Below, one piece after another: positions 44,200 through 54,623 of a stretch of 64,000 nt of DNA. A program made the translations under genes and the position numbers. Source of the DNA: an uncultured Acidobacteriaceae bacterium (GTDB lineage: Bacteria; Acidobacteriota; Terriglobia; Terriglobales; Acidobacteriaceae); the NCBI GenBank assembly GCA_964541925.1, contig CAZISB010000001.1, positions 83,605 through 147,604 of the forward strand. Reading direction: 5' to 3'. How positions within the stretch are numbered: the first letter of the stretch is position 1; each line of letters begins with the position of its first letter. The notes under the pieces are model-generated. The model was not told where the DNA came from and did no database searches. It saw only the letters and a program-made list of their open reading frames with translations.

Positions 44200-45663
44200 A
44201 TGTTCAAACCACAACTTTCCCATTTTGACCTTCAGTCAGCAGCCAAGCAGATCATGCTGGAGAACGGCTTTGAGCCGGATTTTTCTGATGAAGCTCGACA
44301 GCACGTCGAGCAGATCAAAGCGCAAAAGCCGCAGCCGACTCCGGATGTCCGCGACCTGAGGCATCTGCTCTGGTCGTCAATCGACAATGACACTTCACGC
44401 GACCTTGACCAGATTGAATATGCGGAAAAGCTGCCGGATGGGTCAACGAAAATCATGATCGGCATAGCCGATGTGGATGCTTTTGTGCAGAAGAACACCC
44501 CCATTGACCAGCACGCAGCCAGAGAGACCACGAGCGTCTATACGGGAGTGCGGGTTTTCCCTATGCTGCCGGAGGAGCTTTCCACAGACGCGACTTCCCT
44601 GCTCGAGGTGGACGGCAAGTTAAGCGTGGTTACGGAGTTTACGGTTGGCGGCAATGGCCAAGGCAGCAGCCATCAGATTTATCGCGCGCTGGTCACCAAC
44701 AAAGCCCAGCTTGCTTACAACGCTGTGGGAGCGTGGCTGGAAGGAAGAGGCCCGGCGCCGGCCAAGGTTGCGGCTTCTCCGGAGTTGCAGGCGCAGCTCA
44801 AGTTGCAGGATGAGGCAGCACAGGCGCTCAGGAATGAACGGCATCTCCACGGTGCGCTGGACATTGAAACTATGGAAGTCCGCCCGGTGATGGTGAATGA
44901 TCAGATTGTTGACCTGCAGAAGCAGGAAAAGAACCGGGCCACAGAGTTGATTGAAGATTTCATGATCGCCGCCAATGGAGTAATGGCGCGCACGCTGGAA
45001 GCAGCAAAAATGTCATCGATTCGCCGCGTGGTAAAAACTCCGGAGCGCTGGGACCGCATTGTGGCCCTGGCGGCCGAGCAGGGCGGCAAGCTTCCGGCGC
45101 AACCAGATTCAAAAGCACTGAATGATTTTCTGCAATCGCGCAAGACAGCCGATCCTGATCACTTTGCCGATCTCTCATTGGCCGTAATCAAATTGATGGG
45201 ACCTGGCGAGTACGTGCTGGAGCGTCCGGGCGAGCCTTCCCCGGGACATTTTGGTCTGGCGGTACAGGACTACACGCACTCCACGGCCCCGAACCGGCGC
45301 TTTGCCGATATTGTTACGCAACGGCTCATTAAGGCCCTGCTGGCAGGAAAGAAAAGTCCTTATAGCGATGACGAACTTGCGGCGATCGCCACGAACTGCA
45401 CAAACAAGGAAGACGCAGCGCGTAAAGTTGAGCGAGCGATGTCAAAACGTATTGCCGCAGTGAATATGATGAGCAAAATCGGCCAGGTCTTTGATGGCAT
45501 TGTCACAGGCGTAACGCCAAAAGGAACTTTTGTTCGCGTGCTCAAGCCCCACGCGGAAGGCTTATTGATTCACGGAGAGGGAGTGGATGTGGGCGACCGC
45601 TTGCGGGTGAAACTAATCAGCGCTGACCCGGAGCGGGGCTACATCGATTTTGTAAAGGCCTGA
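44200..45663 (+). CDS. RNB-domain exoribonuclease (RNase II/R family) with C-terminal S1 domain
   Basis: About 487 aa with an RNB core (DLDQIEYAE..., YTHSTAPNRRFADIVTQR) and a C-terminal S1-like segment, FDGIVTGVTPKGTFVRVL. It has no N-terminal cold-shock domains. Confidence 0.85.
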   Translation: MFKPQLSHFDLQSAAKQIMLENGFEPDFSDEARQHVEQIKAQKPQPTPDVRDLRHLLWSSIDNDTSRDLDQIEYAEKLPDGSTKIMIGIADVDAFVQKNTPIDQHAARETTSVYTGVRVFPMLPEELSTDATSLLEVDGKLSVVTEFTVGGNGQGSSHQIYRALVTNKAQLAYNAVGAWLEGRGPAPAKVAASPELQAQLKLQDEAAQALRNERHLHGALDIETMEVRPVMVNDQIVDLQKQEKNRATELIEDFMIAANGVMARTLEAAKMSSIRRVVKTPERWDRIVALAAEQGGKLPAQPDSKALNDFLQSRKTADPDHFADLSLAVIKLMGPGEYVLERPGEPSPGHFGLAVQDYTHSTAPNRRFADIVTQRLIKALLAGKKSPYSDDELAAIATNCTNKEDAARKVERAMSKRIAAVNMMSKIGQVFDGIVTGVTPKGTFVRVLKPHAEGLLIHGEGVDVGDRLRVKLISADPERGYIDFVKA

Positions 45664-45667
45664 CCGG

Positions 45668-46420
45668 TTAGATGCGCGGTTCCAGCGGGGAGCGGTCATA
45701 TCGCGGCAATGCTGCTTGACGAGGAATGCTTTCCAACTTATAAGGCATCAGCGACTCCAACCACGCAACCAACTTCTTCTGCTCCGATGCTGGAATCTGG
45801 ATGAACTTTACTCCGGTACGTCCTGAAGCGCGTGTCCACATGACGCTTCCTATCGCATGGATCGTTTCCCGGCTGTCCGGCAGTTGAAATTCAATCTCCA
45901 GAGTTGCGCCCTGCGGCAGAATTTCCAGGGTCTGCAGGCACATGCCATTCCGGCTTAAATCAAGGATAGTAGAGGCGCGCAGCGGCTGCGTTGCGTTTTC
46001 CTGCACCAGGCACGCCAAAATAGGCTTGATTTGGACCGGATGCCGAAAGGAGATACGGCGGTCACGAACCATTGTTCCGTAGGCGGCGCGCAGAGTCCGG
46101 GCAAAAAGGTCTGCGGTGAAGGGCTTCTGCATCACAAAGTGAATCCGTTTGCCGCTCGCGTCCGCTGAAGCCATGCTTCGCATCAAGGCAAAAATCATTC
46201 GAGGATTGGGAAATGGTGAACGGCCAGAAGCAAGGTCGAGCGCTCCGGGGACATCGCTATCATATATTCCCAGGTCAAATTTTGCGGTTTTGATGAGCGG
46301 AGCGGCTGCGGCAACAGAGTCAACGATCTTGACGCTCAGGCCGTGGTCTTCCAGTATTCTTTGCGCAGTGCCTAGCAGGCGGTAATCGGCAGAAATGAGC
46401 AGGGCGGCAAGCGATTCCAT
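45668..46420 (-). CDS. PilZ domain protein with receiver-like N-terminal domain
   Basis: I start it at the Met at 46420 (MESLAALLISAD...). The C-terminal PilZ signature is RRISFRHP ... DLSRNGMCL. Confidence 0.7.
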   Translation of the reverse strand: MESLAALLISADYRLLGTAQRILEDHGLSVKIVDSVAAAAPLIKTAKFDLGIYDSDVPGALDLASGRSPFPNPRMIFALMRSMASADASGKRIHFVMQKPFTADLFARTLRAAYGTMVRDRRISFRHPVQIKPILACLVQENATQPLRASTILDLSRNGMCLQTLEILPQGATLEIEFQLPDSRETIHAIGSVMWTRASGRTGVKFIQIPASEQKKLVAWLESLMPYKLESIPRQAALPRYDRSPLEPRI

Positions 46421-46774
46421 GAACAGTACCTCAGACTCATGGTTATCGGTAAAACTGGGGAAATCTTTAGCAATTGAATTGACGCCTAATAAAATAAAAC
46501 ATAAGAAATTCCAATCTACTGGTCCCCAGCCAAGCCCAAACTGGGACAAAAAAATTGAGTAACGGTATTCAGTTTGCTGTATCTATATTTTTAGCAGCTG
46601 TTTTTACTCTTATAAGCAACAGCGAGGTGGCAAAGCATATCTCAGTTTATTTGCAGGCTGCTGAAAAGCTGGACTTTAAATCTGTTTCAAAGAAATTGCT
46701 CTGATGCGGGACAGCATAAATGCTGTGTAATTATTGCCGCACCTGCAGGTAAGTAATTCACGACCCTGGAGACC

Positions 46775-47056
46775 GTGATGAATGATGATCAGAAATGGCT
46801 TGATGCTGCCGTAGCTCTGGAACAAGACATTCTGTATTTGCAAGCCGCCTCACGCGCAAGCGACACACCTGAGATCCTGCAAAATGAAATTGAATGCCTG
46901 AGAGTGGCTCAAACCGTTTACAAGAAGAATGCTGCAGCCGGAACTCCCTGGCCCAGCCCGGACGATTTGTTCTGCATCGATACGTTCCCCAGCGCGCCTT
47001 CGCAAGTTTTTACCAGCACGCGGCGGGACTTCAAATTCGCAGCAGTTGTTAATTAA
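46775..47056 (+). CDS. hypothetical protein
   Basis: A 93 aa ORF with a GTG/ATG start. No family recognised and the ribosome-binding site is weak. Confidence 0.3.
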   Translation: MMNDDQKWLDAAVALEQDILYLQAASRASDTPEILQNEIECLRVAQTVYKKNAAAGTPWPSPDDLFCIDTFPSAPSQVFTSTRRDFKFAAVVN

Positions 47057-47109
47057 GCTTCAATACACCTGTTCCCTCAGCGCGCTCCAGCAAGCATGAA
47101 TGAAACGAG

Positions 47110-47142
47110 CTAAGTACCGGAGTATGAATACCCGGTACTTAG
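47110..47142. terminator. bidirectional hairpin between convergent genes
   Basis: CTAAGTACCGG agtatgaata CCGGTACTTAG, an 11 bp perfect stem. Confidence 0.55.
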
Positions 47143-47170
47143 ACGTTTGTCCCCTGCTATCAGTCTTTTC

Positions 47171-47845
47171 TTAGCCGTTGAATCCGTATTCAATCAGCGC
47201 CTTGCGAAGCTTTTCCAGGCAGCGTCCACGGATAAAACCGATGGAACCGGTGGCCAATCCGAGCCTTTGTGCCACCTCTGCATATGGCAGCGCCGGCTGC
47301 TCAAAGAAGAGAAGCCGCACTAACTCGCGCTGCCGTGGAGGCAGCTGTGCGACAACTTCACGCACAATCTGCTCCTGCTCAAGCTGGGTCACGGTATCCG
47401 AATGGGATATGCAGGCAATGCCTTCTGCAATCTCAGGCTCCAGGGCGTCCAGTTCAATGTGATTGGCGCGCTTCTTCTTCCAGCGATAGGACTGCCGAAT
47501 GGTGAGGGTAATCAGCCAGGAGCGCAGAGATTGCGCGCTTTTCAACTGGGGAAGGCTGTTCAGCACTTCAATACACACGGCTTGAAAAACGTCTGAAGCA
47601 TCTTCAGGCGAGGCGCCATACTTGATGGGAATGGAGTAGATCAGGCGCTTGTACTTATCAATCAGATTTTCCCATGCGTCCTGGTCGCCCTGGAGACAGC
47701 CCTGGACCAGCCGCTCGTCTTCCAGCAGCTCTGGTTCTTCGGCTATTTCGGTGTACGACAGTAGAGCCGGCCCATTCAGGAGAGCTGGCTGTGTACCAGA
47801 CGGAAAATCCGCCGGCATGGATTCGTAAAATTCTGAGGACCTCAT
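47171..47845 (-). CDS. sigma-70 family (ECF-type) RNA polymerase sigma factor
   Basis: 224 aa with region 2 (DAWENLIDKYKRLIYSI...DVFQAV) and region 4 (LPPRQRELVRLLFFEQPALPYAEVAQRLG). It has an N-terminal extension of about 45 aa. Confidence 0.85.
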   Translation of the reverse strand: MRSSEFYESMPADFPSGTQPALLNGPALLSYTEIAEEPELLEDERLVQGCLQGDQDAWENLIDKYKRLIYSIPIKYGASPEDASDVFQAVCIEVLNSLPQLKSAQSLRSWLITLTIRQSYRWKKKRANHIELDALEPEIAEGIACISHSDTVTQLEQEQIVREVVAQLPPRQRELVRLLFFEQPALPYAEVAQRLGLATGSIGFIRGRCLEKLRKALIEYGFNG

Positions 47846-47972
47846 TGTTCCATCCCTTCGTTTAACTCACATTGCTTCCGCCGGGCTTAACCGGCAGGGT
47901 GAGCCGTAGGCAAAAAGGAGTTCTCCCTTAACGGGAAATCTATCTACGGACACACTTTGGGAATGGAAACGA

Positions 47973-48278
47973 TCAGATACGCAAAGGCGGGGTAAAACTG
48001 AGCAGAGCGGAGACAGGAGTAACCGCACTTTCGCTTACCTTGAACAAGGTAAGCAGCGGCCGCATGAAGCCGGCCCGCAACAATCCGGGAAACAGCAGCG
48101 AGAGAATTCCGGCAAAGACGAAGAACATACCGGTCTCAAAAAGAATGCAGATGACCTCAAATTCAAAGTCGCCAGTGGTTACGGGGAAGTTGTCCAAACT
48201 ATCGAGCTGCATGAATGGCGAGAACAGAACCATCACCATCATGAGAACGAGGATTAATTTGGGCAAATGACGCAACAT
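47973..48278 (-). CDS. hypothetical small membrane protein
   Basis: 101 aa with two or three hydrophobic helices. Confidence 0.4.
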   Translation of the reverse strand: MLRHLPKLILVLMMVMVLFSPFMQLDSLDNFPVTTGDFEFEVICILFETGMFFVFAGILSLLFPGLLRAGFMRPLLTLFKVSESAVTPVSALLSFTPPLRI

Positions 48279-48652
48279 ATATTCCCTAGCGAAATAACAT
48301 CTGAAATTGGGGTCTTTCTCTCGTGGCTGGACTATAGCATGGGCATACTCATTAAAAGATACTTAATCAACCCCAGATATTGGTCCAGAACATAAGTAAT
48401 TGCCTGGCAGGGCCTTAGCACTGCTTGCAATTGCCGGGGATCGGGAAAAAATTAAGTTGAGCCTAAGAATTTCTAACAAAAAATTACTAAAAAATGTCCC
48501 TGGGTATATTTTCCGCCGAACATCTGGGCACCATACTCGCAGTGGGCCGCATTCAGCGTTTATGCCACGCACGATTCGCTAAGCAGTGGCATTCTGGAAT
48601 CCAACCGCTTTCTGTCCGAATAGCTCGCAGTAGCAGATGGGCAGAGATAAGA

Positions 48653-48698
48653 GGCGGGAGAATGAGTGGGGATCTCAGCGAGTTCTCCCGTCCTTTTT
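48653..48698. terminator. hairpin terminator at the end of the suf operon (T-tract is on the plus strand)
   Basis: GGCGGGAGAA, a 20 nt loop, TTCTCCCGTCC, then TTTTT. It starts immediately after the sufT stop. Confidence 0.5.
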
Positions 48699-49257
48699 AA
48701 TACATCGGGAACGGAGTGCTTTCCAGATCCAGCCCCAACTGTAGCCGTGCGCCTTCGGTCATCTTTCCCGGATGCCAGGGCGGATCGAAGACTACCTCGA
48801 CATTCACTTCCTTTACGGACGGCAGGCTGGAAAGCTTTCGCTGAATATCGGCCTTGAGGACATCTGACATACCGCAGCCAGGGGCGGTCATTGTCATTTT
48901 GATATCGATCTTGTTCCCTTCCGGCAGCGGAGAAATATTGCAGGCGTAAATGAGCCCGAGATCCACTACGTTGACCGGTATCTCAGGATCATAGACGGTG
49001 CGCAGCTGGTCCCAGACCAGTTGTTCGCTGAATTCCTGATGCGCTTCCTCCGCGGCGGAATGGGTAAGTCCCAACGCATCGGCATCCTTGGCGTCAATGC
49101 GGACCATATAGCCGTAATCCGTCATCACCGTATAGCTGCCGCCAAGAGCCTGCATCAGACGGACCTTAGTTCCAGCCGGCAGCTTGTGCGGTATGCCGCT
49201 GGGGATCTGCGTGACTTCGATTTCACGCGCCAGCTCGAGTTGTTCCCGGGACATCAT
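48697..49257 (-). CDS. sufT: SUF system Fe-S assembly protein SufT (DUF59/MIP18 family)
   Basis: 186 aa with a DUF59 core (VYDPEIPVNVVDLGLIY ... TMTAPGCGM). It is the last gene of the suf operon. Confidence 0.85.
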   Translation of the reverse strand: MMSREQLELAREIEVTQIPSGIPHKLPAGTKVRLMQALGGSYTVMTDYGYMVRIDAKDADALGLTHSAAEEAHQEFSEQLVWDQLRTVYDPEIPVNVVDLGLIYACNISPLPEGNKIDIKMTMTAPGCGMSDVLKADIQRKLSSLPSVKEVNVEVVFDPPWHPGKMTEGARLQLGLDLESTPFPMY

Positions 49258-49260
49258 TGG

Positions 49261-49707
49261 CTATTCGGTTGAAACCGCTTCCTGCTCGCCGTTCAGCGCG
49301 GCACGAAGAGCGTGCCAGGCGAGCGTCGCACATTTTACACGCAGCGGAAACTCTGAGACGCCGGCAAAGACTGCCAGCTTGCCCAGATTTTCTTCAGTTC
49401 CCGCAACGTGGCCTGTGACCACATCATGAAATCTTGAAAAAAACTCTTCCGCTTCCGCGGCGGTTTTGCCTTTGAGCGTCTGCGTCATCATGGAAGCAGA
49501 AGCTTTGGAGATGGCGCAGCCGTTTCCTTGAAACCCAATATCGCTGATGGCGCCGTCCTTAAGATCCAGATAGACGGTGAAGTGGTCGCCGCAGAGCGGG
49601 TTGAAGCCTTCCGCCTTATGGTTCGCATTTTCAAGCACACGGAAATTACGCGGCTTTTTGCTATGCTCCAAAATCACTTCCTGATACAGCTCCCGCAGCT
49701 CAGACAT
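49261..49707 (-). CDS. sufU: SUF system NifU-family scaffold/sulfur-transfer protein SufU
   Basis: 148 aa with NPLCGD ... GNGCAISKASASMM ... RVKCATLAW. Confidence 0.9.
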   Translation of the reverse strand: MSELRELYQEVILEHSKKPRNFRVLENANHKAEGFNPLCGDHFTVYLDLKDGAISDIGFQGNGCAISKASASMMTQTLKGKTAAEAEEFFSRFHDVVTGHVAGTEENLGKLAVFAGVSEFPLRVKCATLAWHALRAALNGEQEAVSTE

Positions 49708-50969
49708 CAGCCCATCACCTTCTGCACTTTGTGAATGCCGGCTACCAGGGCGTCAATTTCCTCGCGCGTATTGTAAAGGCCGAAGGACGCGCGAGCGGTT
49801 GCAGGAATGTTGAAGCGCTGCATCACCGGCTGAGCGCAATGATGTCCGGTGCGCACGGCAATACCTTCGCTATCGAGGATTGTGCCGATGTCATGAGGAT
49901 GAATGTCATCCATGACGAATGAAAGCACGCCGGCTTTTTCTCTGGCTGTTCCTACGATGCGAACGCCCGGGATTGATTCGACCGCGCTGGTTGCATACGA
50001 GAGCAGGTCGCCTTCATGAGCTTCAATTGCGTCCAGGCCGAGGTTATTGAGGTATTCGATTGCGGCTCCCAGGCCGATGGTATCGGCGATGTTGGGCGTG
50101 CCGGCTTCAAACTTATAAGGCAGGCGATTGTAAACAGTCTTCTCAAAGGTGACCGAGGCGATCATATCGCCGCCGCCCTGATATGGAGGCATGGCTTCAA
50201 GCAGCTTTGTTTTTCCGTAAAGCGCGCCGATGCCCGTTGGCCCATACATTTTGTGGCCGGAGACGGCGTAAAAATCGCAGTCGAGCTCCTGTACATCCAC
50301 AGGAAGGCGAGGCGCAGCCTGCGCACCATCAACCAGAACAGGAATGTTGCGCGCGTGCGCCCTGCGGACAATTTCACGAACCGGATTGATGGTGCCGAGA
50401 GCGTTCGAAAGGTGCCCCACGGCGACGATCTTCGTTTTTGGGCCGAGCAGCTTTTCAAATTCTTCCAGCAACAGCTCGCCGCGATCGTTAATGGGCGCCA
50501 CGCGGAGCTTTGCGCCTTTTTCTTCACACAGCAGCTGCCATGGAACGATGTTGGAATGGTGCTCCATGGCGGTGATCAGGACTTCATCTCCGCTGCCCAC
50601 GTTCTTGCGGCCATAGGTTTGGGCAACCAGGTTAATGGCTTCAGTGGTGCCGCGAACGAAGATAATTTCTTTGGAATCGGCTGCGTTCAGGAATTTCTGC
50701 ACCGAAACGCGCACTTTTTCGTAAGCCTCAGTTGCGCGTTCAGAAAGCGCATGCACGCCACGATGAATGTTGGAGTTGTCGCGCCGGTAATAATCTTCCA
50801 GCGCCTCCATCACCGCCAGCGGTTTCTGCGTAGTGGCAGCATTATCCAGATAAACGAGCGGCTTGCCATGGACGTTCTGATGCAGAACAGGAAAGTCTTC
50901 ACGAACTTTGTAAACGTCAAACGGACGTGCCACATGAATTTCTTGAGGCGTCTTGGCAACGGTGCTCAT
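49707..50969 (-). CDS. sufS: cysteine desulfurase SufS
   Basis: 420 aa with the PLP lysine in SGHKMYGPTGIG and the catalytic Cys in RTGHHCAQP. Confidence 0.95.
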   Translation of the reverse strand: MSTVAKTPQEIHVARPFDVYKVREDFPVLHQNVHGKPLVYLDNAATTQKPLAVMEALEDYYRRDNSNIHRGVHALSERATEAYEKVRVSVQKFLNAADSKEIIFVRGTTEAINLVAQTYGRKNVGSGDEVLITAMEHHSNIVPWQLLCEEKGAKLRVAPINDRGELLLEEFEKLLGPKTKIVAVGHLSNALGTINPVREIVRRAHARNIPVLVDGAQAAPRLPVDVQELDCDFYAVSGHKMYGPTGIGALYGKTKLLEAMPPYQGGGDMIASVTFEKTVYNRLPYKFEAGTPNIADTIGLGAAIEYLNNLGLDAIEAHEGDLLSYATSAVESIPGVRIVGTAREKAGVLSFVMDDIHPHDIGTILDSEGIAVRTGHHCAQPVMQRFNIPATARASFGLYNTREEIDALVAGIHKVQKVMG

Positions 50970-52375
50970 CCGATTTCCTCCAAACTCCGCTCTGCGGGCG
51001 CATGAGAGCCTTCGCCACCGATCTGAGCGCTTTCAGGAAGACCTTCCACCACCAGCCGCTCCAGATGGTCGCGCACTTCTTGCGAGTTCATGCGGTCCAG
51101 GCACTCATTGGCAAAAGCGAGAAGCAACGCATGGCGGGCTGAAACTTCATCCAGGCCGCGAGAGCGCAGGTAAAACAATGCGTTCTCATCCACCTGGCCA
51201 ATGGTGGCTCCGTGCGTGCACTTTACGTCATCAGCATAGATTTCAAGCTGCGGCTTGGTGTCAATCTGAGCCTCATCCGCCAGCAGCAGGTTGCGGTTGG
51301 TCTGCTTGGCGTCAGTCTTCTGCGCGTCTTTGTGAACGATGATGCGCCCATGGAAGACGCCGTGCGATTGTCCATTCAAAATGCCGTTGTAAAACTGCCG
51401 GCTGTCACAGTGCGGGCTAGCATGCTCCACAAGCATGTAGTTATCCATGTGCTGGCGACCATTGGCCATAAAAAGGCCGTTGATGAGGCACTGGCTGCCT
51501 TCACCTGCAAGCACGGGATGCACGTTGTTGCGCACCAGCGCGCCGCTCAGCAACAGCGAGTGCGTGGCAACATTGGCATTGCGCCCCTGCTGGATGCGCA
51601 GAGTAGAAAAGTTGTATGCCTGTCCGGCTTCGCGCACGATCATGTAGTGCGAGACATTGGCATTTTCGGCGGCGACCAGCTCCGTGGCAGCGTTGGAGAA
51701 TGATGTGCCTTCGCCGAGCGAAACATAATCTTCCACAACCGTGAGCTGGCTGCTCTCCTCGGCGATGATCAGGTTGCGCGGATGATCCATGGTGGGCTTG
51801 CCAGACGGCGCAGTTACAAAGAGCAGATAGACCGGCTGATCAACGATGACATTACGCGGGACGTGGACATACGCACCGTCTTCAATGAAGGCGGTATTGA
51901 GCGCGCAAAAAGGATCGCGCCGAAAATTCAGATAGTGGCCTAAATGCGACTCAATGGCCCGCGGATTCACGGCAATTTCTTCCGCAAGGCTGCCAACTTT
52001 CACTCCTGCAGGCATTGCGGGAATACGCGAGAGCTCCGGCGCAAAGCGGCCATTCACAAAAACCAGTTGGCAGGCAAAAGCAGACGTTCCAAACCCCTCC
52101 AGGTCTTGAGCATGGACAGGTTCGGCAGGAGGCGCCAGGGTGAAGCGAGGCTTTGTGACCTCAGCGACATTGGTAAAACGCCAGTCCTCGTCATGCGTTG
52201 TCGGAAAACCAGTCGAGGAGAACTGCGTGTAACCTTCACGGCGCAGCGCGATCAGCCAGGCCGGCTGGTCAGACAAGCGCTGGCTGAAATCGTGAAATTC
52301 CGTATGGTAACTCAGCGGAGCCGGAGGATTCGCCAACTCAGCGGCGAGCGTTTCAAGAACTTTACTTGGGTTCAC
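50966..52375 (-). CDS. sufD: Fe-S cluster assembly protein SufD
   Basis: 469 aa with a GTG start after GGAGAG. It has the SufBD C-terminal beta-helix region and lies between sufC and sufS. Confidence 0.9.
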   Translation of the reverse strand: MNPSKVLETLAAELANPPAPLSYHTEFHDFSQRLSDQPAWLIALRREGYTQFSSTGFPTTHDEDWRFTNVAEVTKPRFTLAPPAEPVHAQDLEGFGTSAFACQLVFVNGRFAPELSRIPAMPAGVKVGSLAEEIAVNPRAIESHLGHYLNFRRDPFCALNTAFIEDGAYVHVPRNVIVDQPVYLLFVTAPSGKPTMDHPRNLIIAEESSQLTVVEDYVSLGEGTSFSNAATELVAAENANVSHYMIVREAGQAYNFSTLRIQQGRNANVATHSLLLSGALVRNNVHPVLAGEGSQCLINGLFMANGRQHMDNYMLVEHASPHCDSRQFYNGILNGQSHGVFHGRIIVHKDAQKTDAKQTNRNLLLADEAQIDTKPQLEIYADDVKCTHGATIGQVDENALFYLRSRGLDEVSARHALLLAFANECLDRMNSQEVRDHLERLVVEGLPESAQIGGEGSHAPAERSLEEIG

Positions 52376-52393
52376 TATGCTCTCCTTCGCTCC

Positions 52394-53161
52394 TTAGCGC
52401 CTTGCGCCTACCGGCTCGGCTTCCGTCCAGCCATAGCCCTTCTGTTCCAGCTCCAGCGCCAGCTCCGGCCCGCCAGATTTCACGATTCGTCCATTGACCA
52501 GCACGTGAACAAAGTCAGGCACAATGTAGTCAAGCAGACGCTGGTAGTGCGTTACCAGAATCATGGAACGATCTTTGGAGCGCATCGCGTTCACGCCCTT
52601 GGCTACGATCTTGAGCGCGTCAATGTCGAGGCCCGAGTCGGTCTCGTCGAGCACGGCAAGCCGAGGCTCCAGCACCGCCATCTGCACAATTTCATTGCGC
52701 TTCTTCTCGCCGCCGGAAAAGCCTTCATTCACCGGGCGGTTGAGAAAACGCTCGTCCATCTCCAGCATGCGCATTTTTTCGCGCAGCAGCGGAAGGAAGT
52801 CCATGGCGTCCATCTCATCTTGTCCCTGAGCTTTGCGGATGGCATTCAGCGCCGCGCGAAGAAAGTACGCGTTGCTGATGCCGGGAATCTCCACCGGATA
52901 TTGAAACGCCATGAAAAGGCCTTCGCAGGCTGCTTCTTCCGGCTTCATCTCAAGAAGGTCTTTGCCATTGAAAGTGATGGAACCGCCGGTGACTTCATAA
53001 TTTTCACGGCGCGCCAGCACCTGGGCCAGCGTGCTCTTGCCGGAGCCGTTCGGGCCCATGATGGAGTGCACCTCACCCGGGTTCACCGTGAGATCAATTC
53101 CCTTCAGAATCTCGTTGCCATTCACACTTGCGTGCAGATTTTTGATTTCGAGCAAACTCAT
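52394..53161 (-). CDS. sufC: Fe-S cluster assembly ATPase SufC
   Basis: I start it at MSLLEIKNLHASV (53161). It has the Walker A motif GPNGSGKST, FSGGEKKRNEI and the Walker B motif AVLDETDSGLD. Confidence 0.95.
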   Translation of the reverse strand: MSLLEIKNLHASVNGNEILKGIDLTVNPGEVHSIMGPNGSGKSTLAQVLARRENYEVTGGSITFNGKDLLEMKPEEAACEGLFMAFQYPVEIPGISNAYFLRAALNAIRKAQGQDEMDAMDFLPLLREKMRMLEMDERFLNRPVNEGFSGGEKKRNEIVQMAVLEPRLAVLDETDSGLDIDALKIVAKGVNAMRSKDRSMILVTHYQRLLDYIVPDFVHVLVNGRIVKSGGPELALELEQKGYGWTEAEPVGARR

Positions 53162-53165
53162 CGTT

Positions 53166-54623
53166 TTATCCAACACTCCCCTCAAGACTGATGCTGAGCA
53201 ATTTCTGCGCTTCCACGGCAAATTCCATTGGCAGCTCTTTGAATACTGCCTTGCAGAAGCCATTGATAATCATGCTGACGGCCTCTTCCTTGGAAATGCC
53301 GCGCTGCTGCAGATAGAAAATCTGGTCTTCGCCGATCTTCGAAGTTGAAGCCTCATGCTCCATGCGGGCGCTCGCGTTCTTGACCTCGATGTACGGGAAG
53401 GTATGCGCGCCGCACTTGTCGCCGATCAGCAGCGAGTCGCACTGCGTGTAATTGCGCGCGCCCTGCGCCCCTTTCAGGATCTTTACCATGCCGCGGTAGG
53501 TATTCTGGCCGTGGCCGGCGGAGATTCCCTTGGACACCACCGTGCTCTTAGTGTTCTTGCCGATATGAATCATCTTTGTGCCGGTATCGGCCTGCTGATA
53601 ATTGTTGGTCAGCGCCACCGAGTAGAACTCGCCCACGGAGTTGTCGCCCTGAAGGATGCAGCTCGGGTACTTCCAGGTGATCGCAGAACCGGTCTCCACC
53701 TGAGTCCAGGAAATCTTGGAGTTCTTACCGAGTGCCTTGCCGCGCTTTGTGACGAAGTTGTAAATTCCGCCCTTGCCTTCTTTGTCGCCCGGATACCAGT
53801 TCTGGACGGTCGAGTACTTGATGGTCGCGTTGTCATGCGCGATCAGCTCGACCACCGCCGCGTGTAACTGATTCTCATCGCGGATTGGCGCTGTGCAGCC
53901 TTCCAGATAGCTGACGTAAGCGCCTTCATCGGCAATGATCAGCGTGCGCTCAAACTGGCCGGTGTTCTGCGCGTTAATGCGGAAATATGTTGAGAGTTCC
54001 ATGGGGCAGCGCACGCCCTTGGGCACATAGACGAACGATCCGTCGCTGAAGACCGCGGAATTCAGTGCCGCATAAAAGTTGTCAGTGTAAGGAACCACCG
54101 AGCCGAGATATTTCTTTACCAGCTCAGGATGGTTCTTTACCGCCTCAGAGAACGAACAGAAGATCACGCCGGCCTCAGCCAGCTTCTCTTTGAACGTTGT
54201 GGCAACAGAGACGCTGTCAAAGACCGCGTCCACGGCCACTCCCGCCAACAACTTCTGCTCGTGCAGAGGAATGCCCAACTTGGTATAGGTATCCAGAATT
54301 TCCGGATCAACCTCATCCAGGCTCTTCAATTCCTTTTTCTTCTTAGGCGCTGAGTAATAGGAAATCGCCTGGTAATCAATGGGCGAAAACTTCACGTTGG
54401 CCCACTTTGGCTCGGCCTGCTTCTGCTCCTGCTGGGCCCAGTAGCGATACGCCTTCAGCCGCCACTCCAGCATGAACTCAGGCTCGCCCTTCTTGGCGGC
54501 GATCGCGCGGATCACATCTTCATTCAGCCCTGGTGGCAGCCGGTCCTCATCGACCGAAGTAACAAATCCCCACTTATATTCCTGCTGCGTGAGGTCATTA
54601 ATCTGATTGACTGTGCTGCTCAT
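53166..54623 (-). CDS. sufB: Fe-S cluster assembly protein SufB
   Basis: 485 aa with the family-typical [16 protein letters not shown] and a C-terminal EGFC...LPMEFAVEA-type ending. Confidence 0.95.
   Translation of the reverse strand: MSSTVNQINDLTQQEYKWGFVTSVDEDRLPPGLNEDVIRAIAAKKGEPEFMLEWRLKAYRYWAQQEQKQAEPKWANVKFSPIDYQAISYYSAPKKKKELKSLDEVDPEILDTYTKLGIPLHEQKLLAGVAVDAVFDSVSVATTFKEKLAEAGVIFCSFSEAVKNHPELVKKYLGSVVPYTDNFYAALNSAVFSDGSFVYVPKGVRCPMELSTYFRINAQNTGQFERTLIIADEGAYVSYLEGCTAPIRDENQLHAAVVELIAHDNATIKYSTVQNWYPGDKEGKGGIYNFVTKRGKALGKNSKISWTQVETGSAITWKYPSCILQGDNSVGEFYSVALTNNYQQADTGTKMIHIGKNTKSTVVSKGISAGHGQNTYRGMVKILKGAQGARNYTQCDSLLIGDKCGAHTFPYIEVKNASARMEHEASTSKIGEDQIFYLQQRGISKEEAVSMIINGFCKAVFKELPMEFAVEAQKLLSISLEGSVG

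Noticed and set aside
50016-53191. Long plus-strand ORFs of 329 aa (50016..51005) and 415 aa (51944..53191).
   Set aside because: They are antisense to sufS, sufD and sufC, which have clear motifs. They have no SD or family features.
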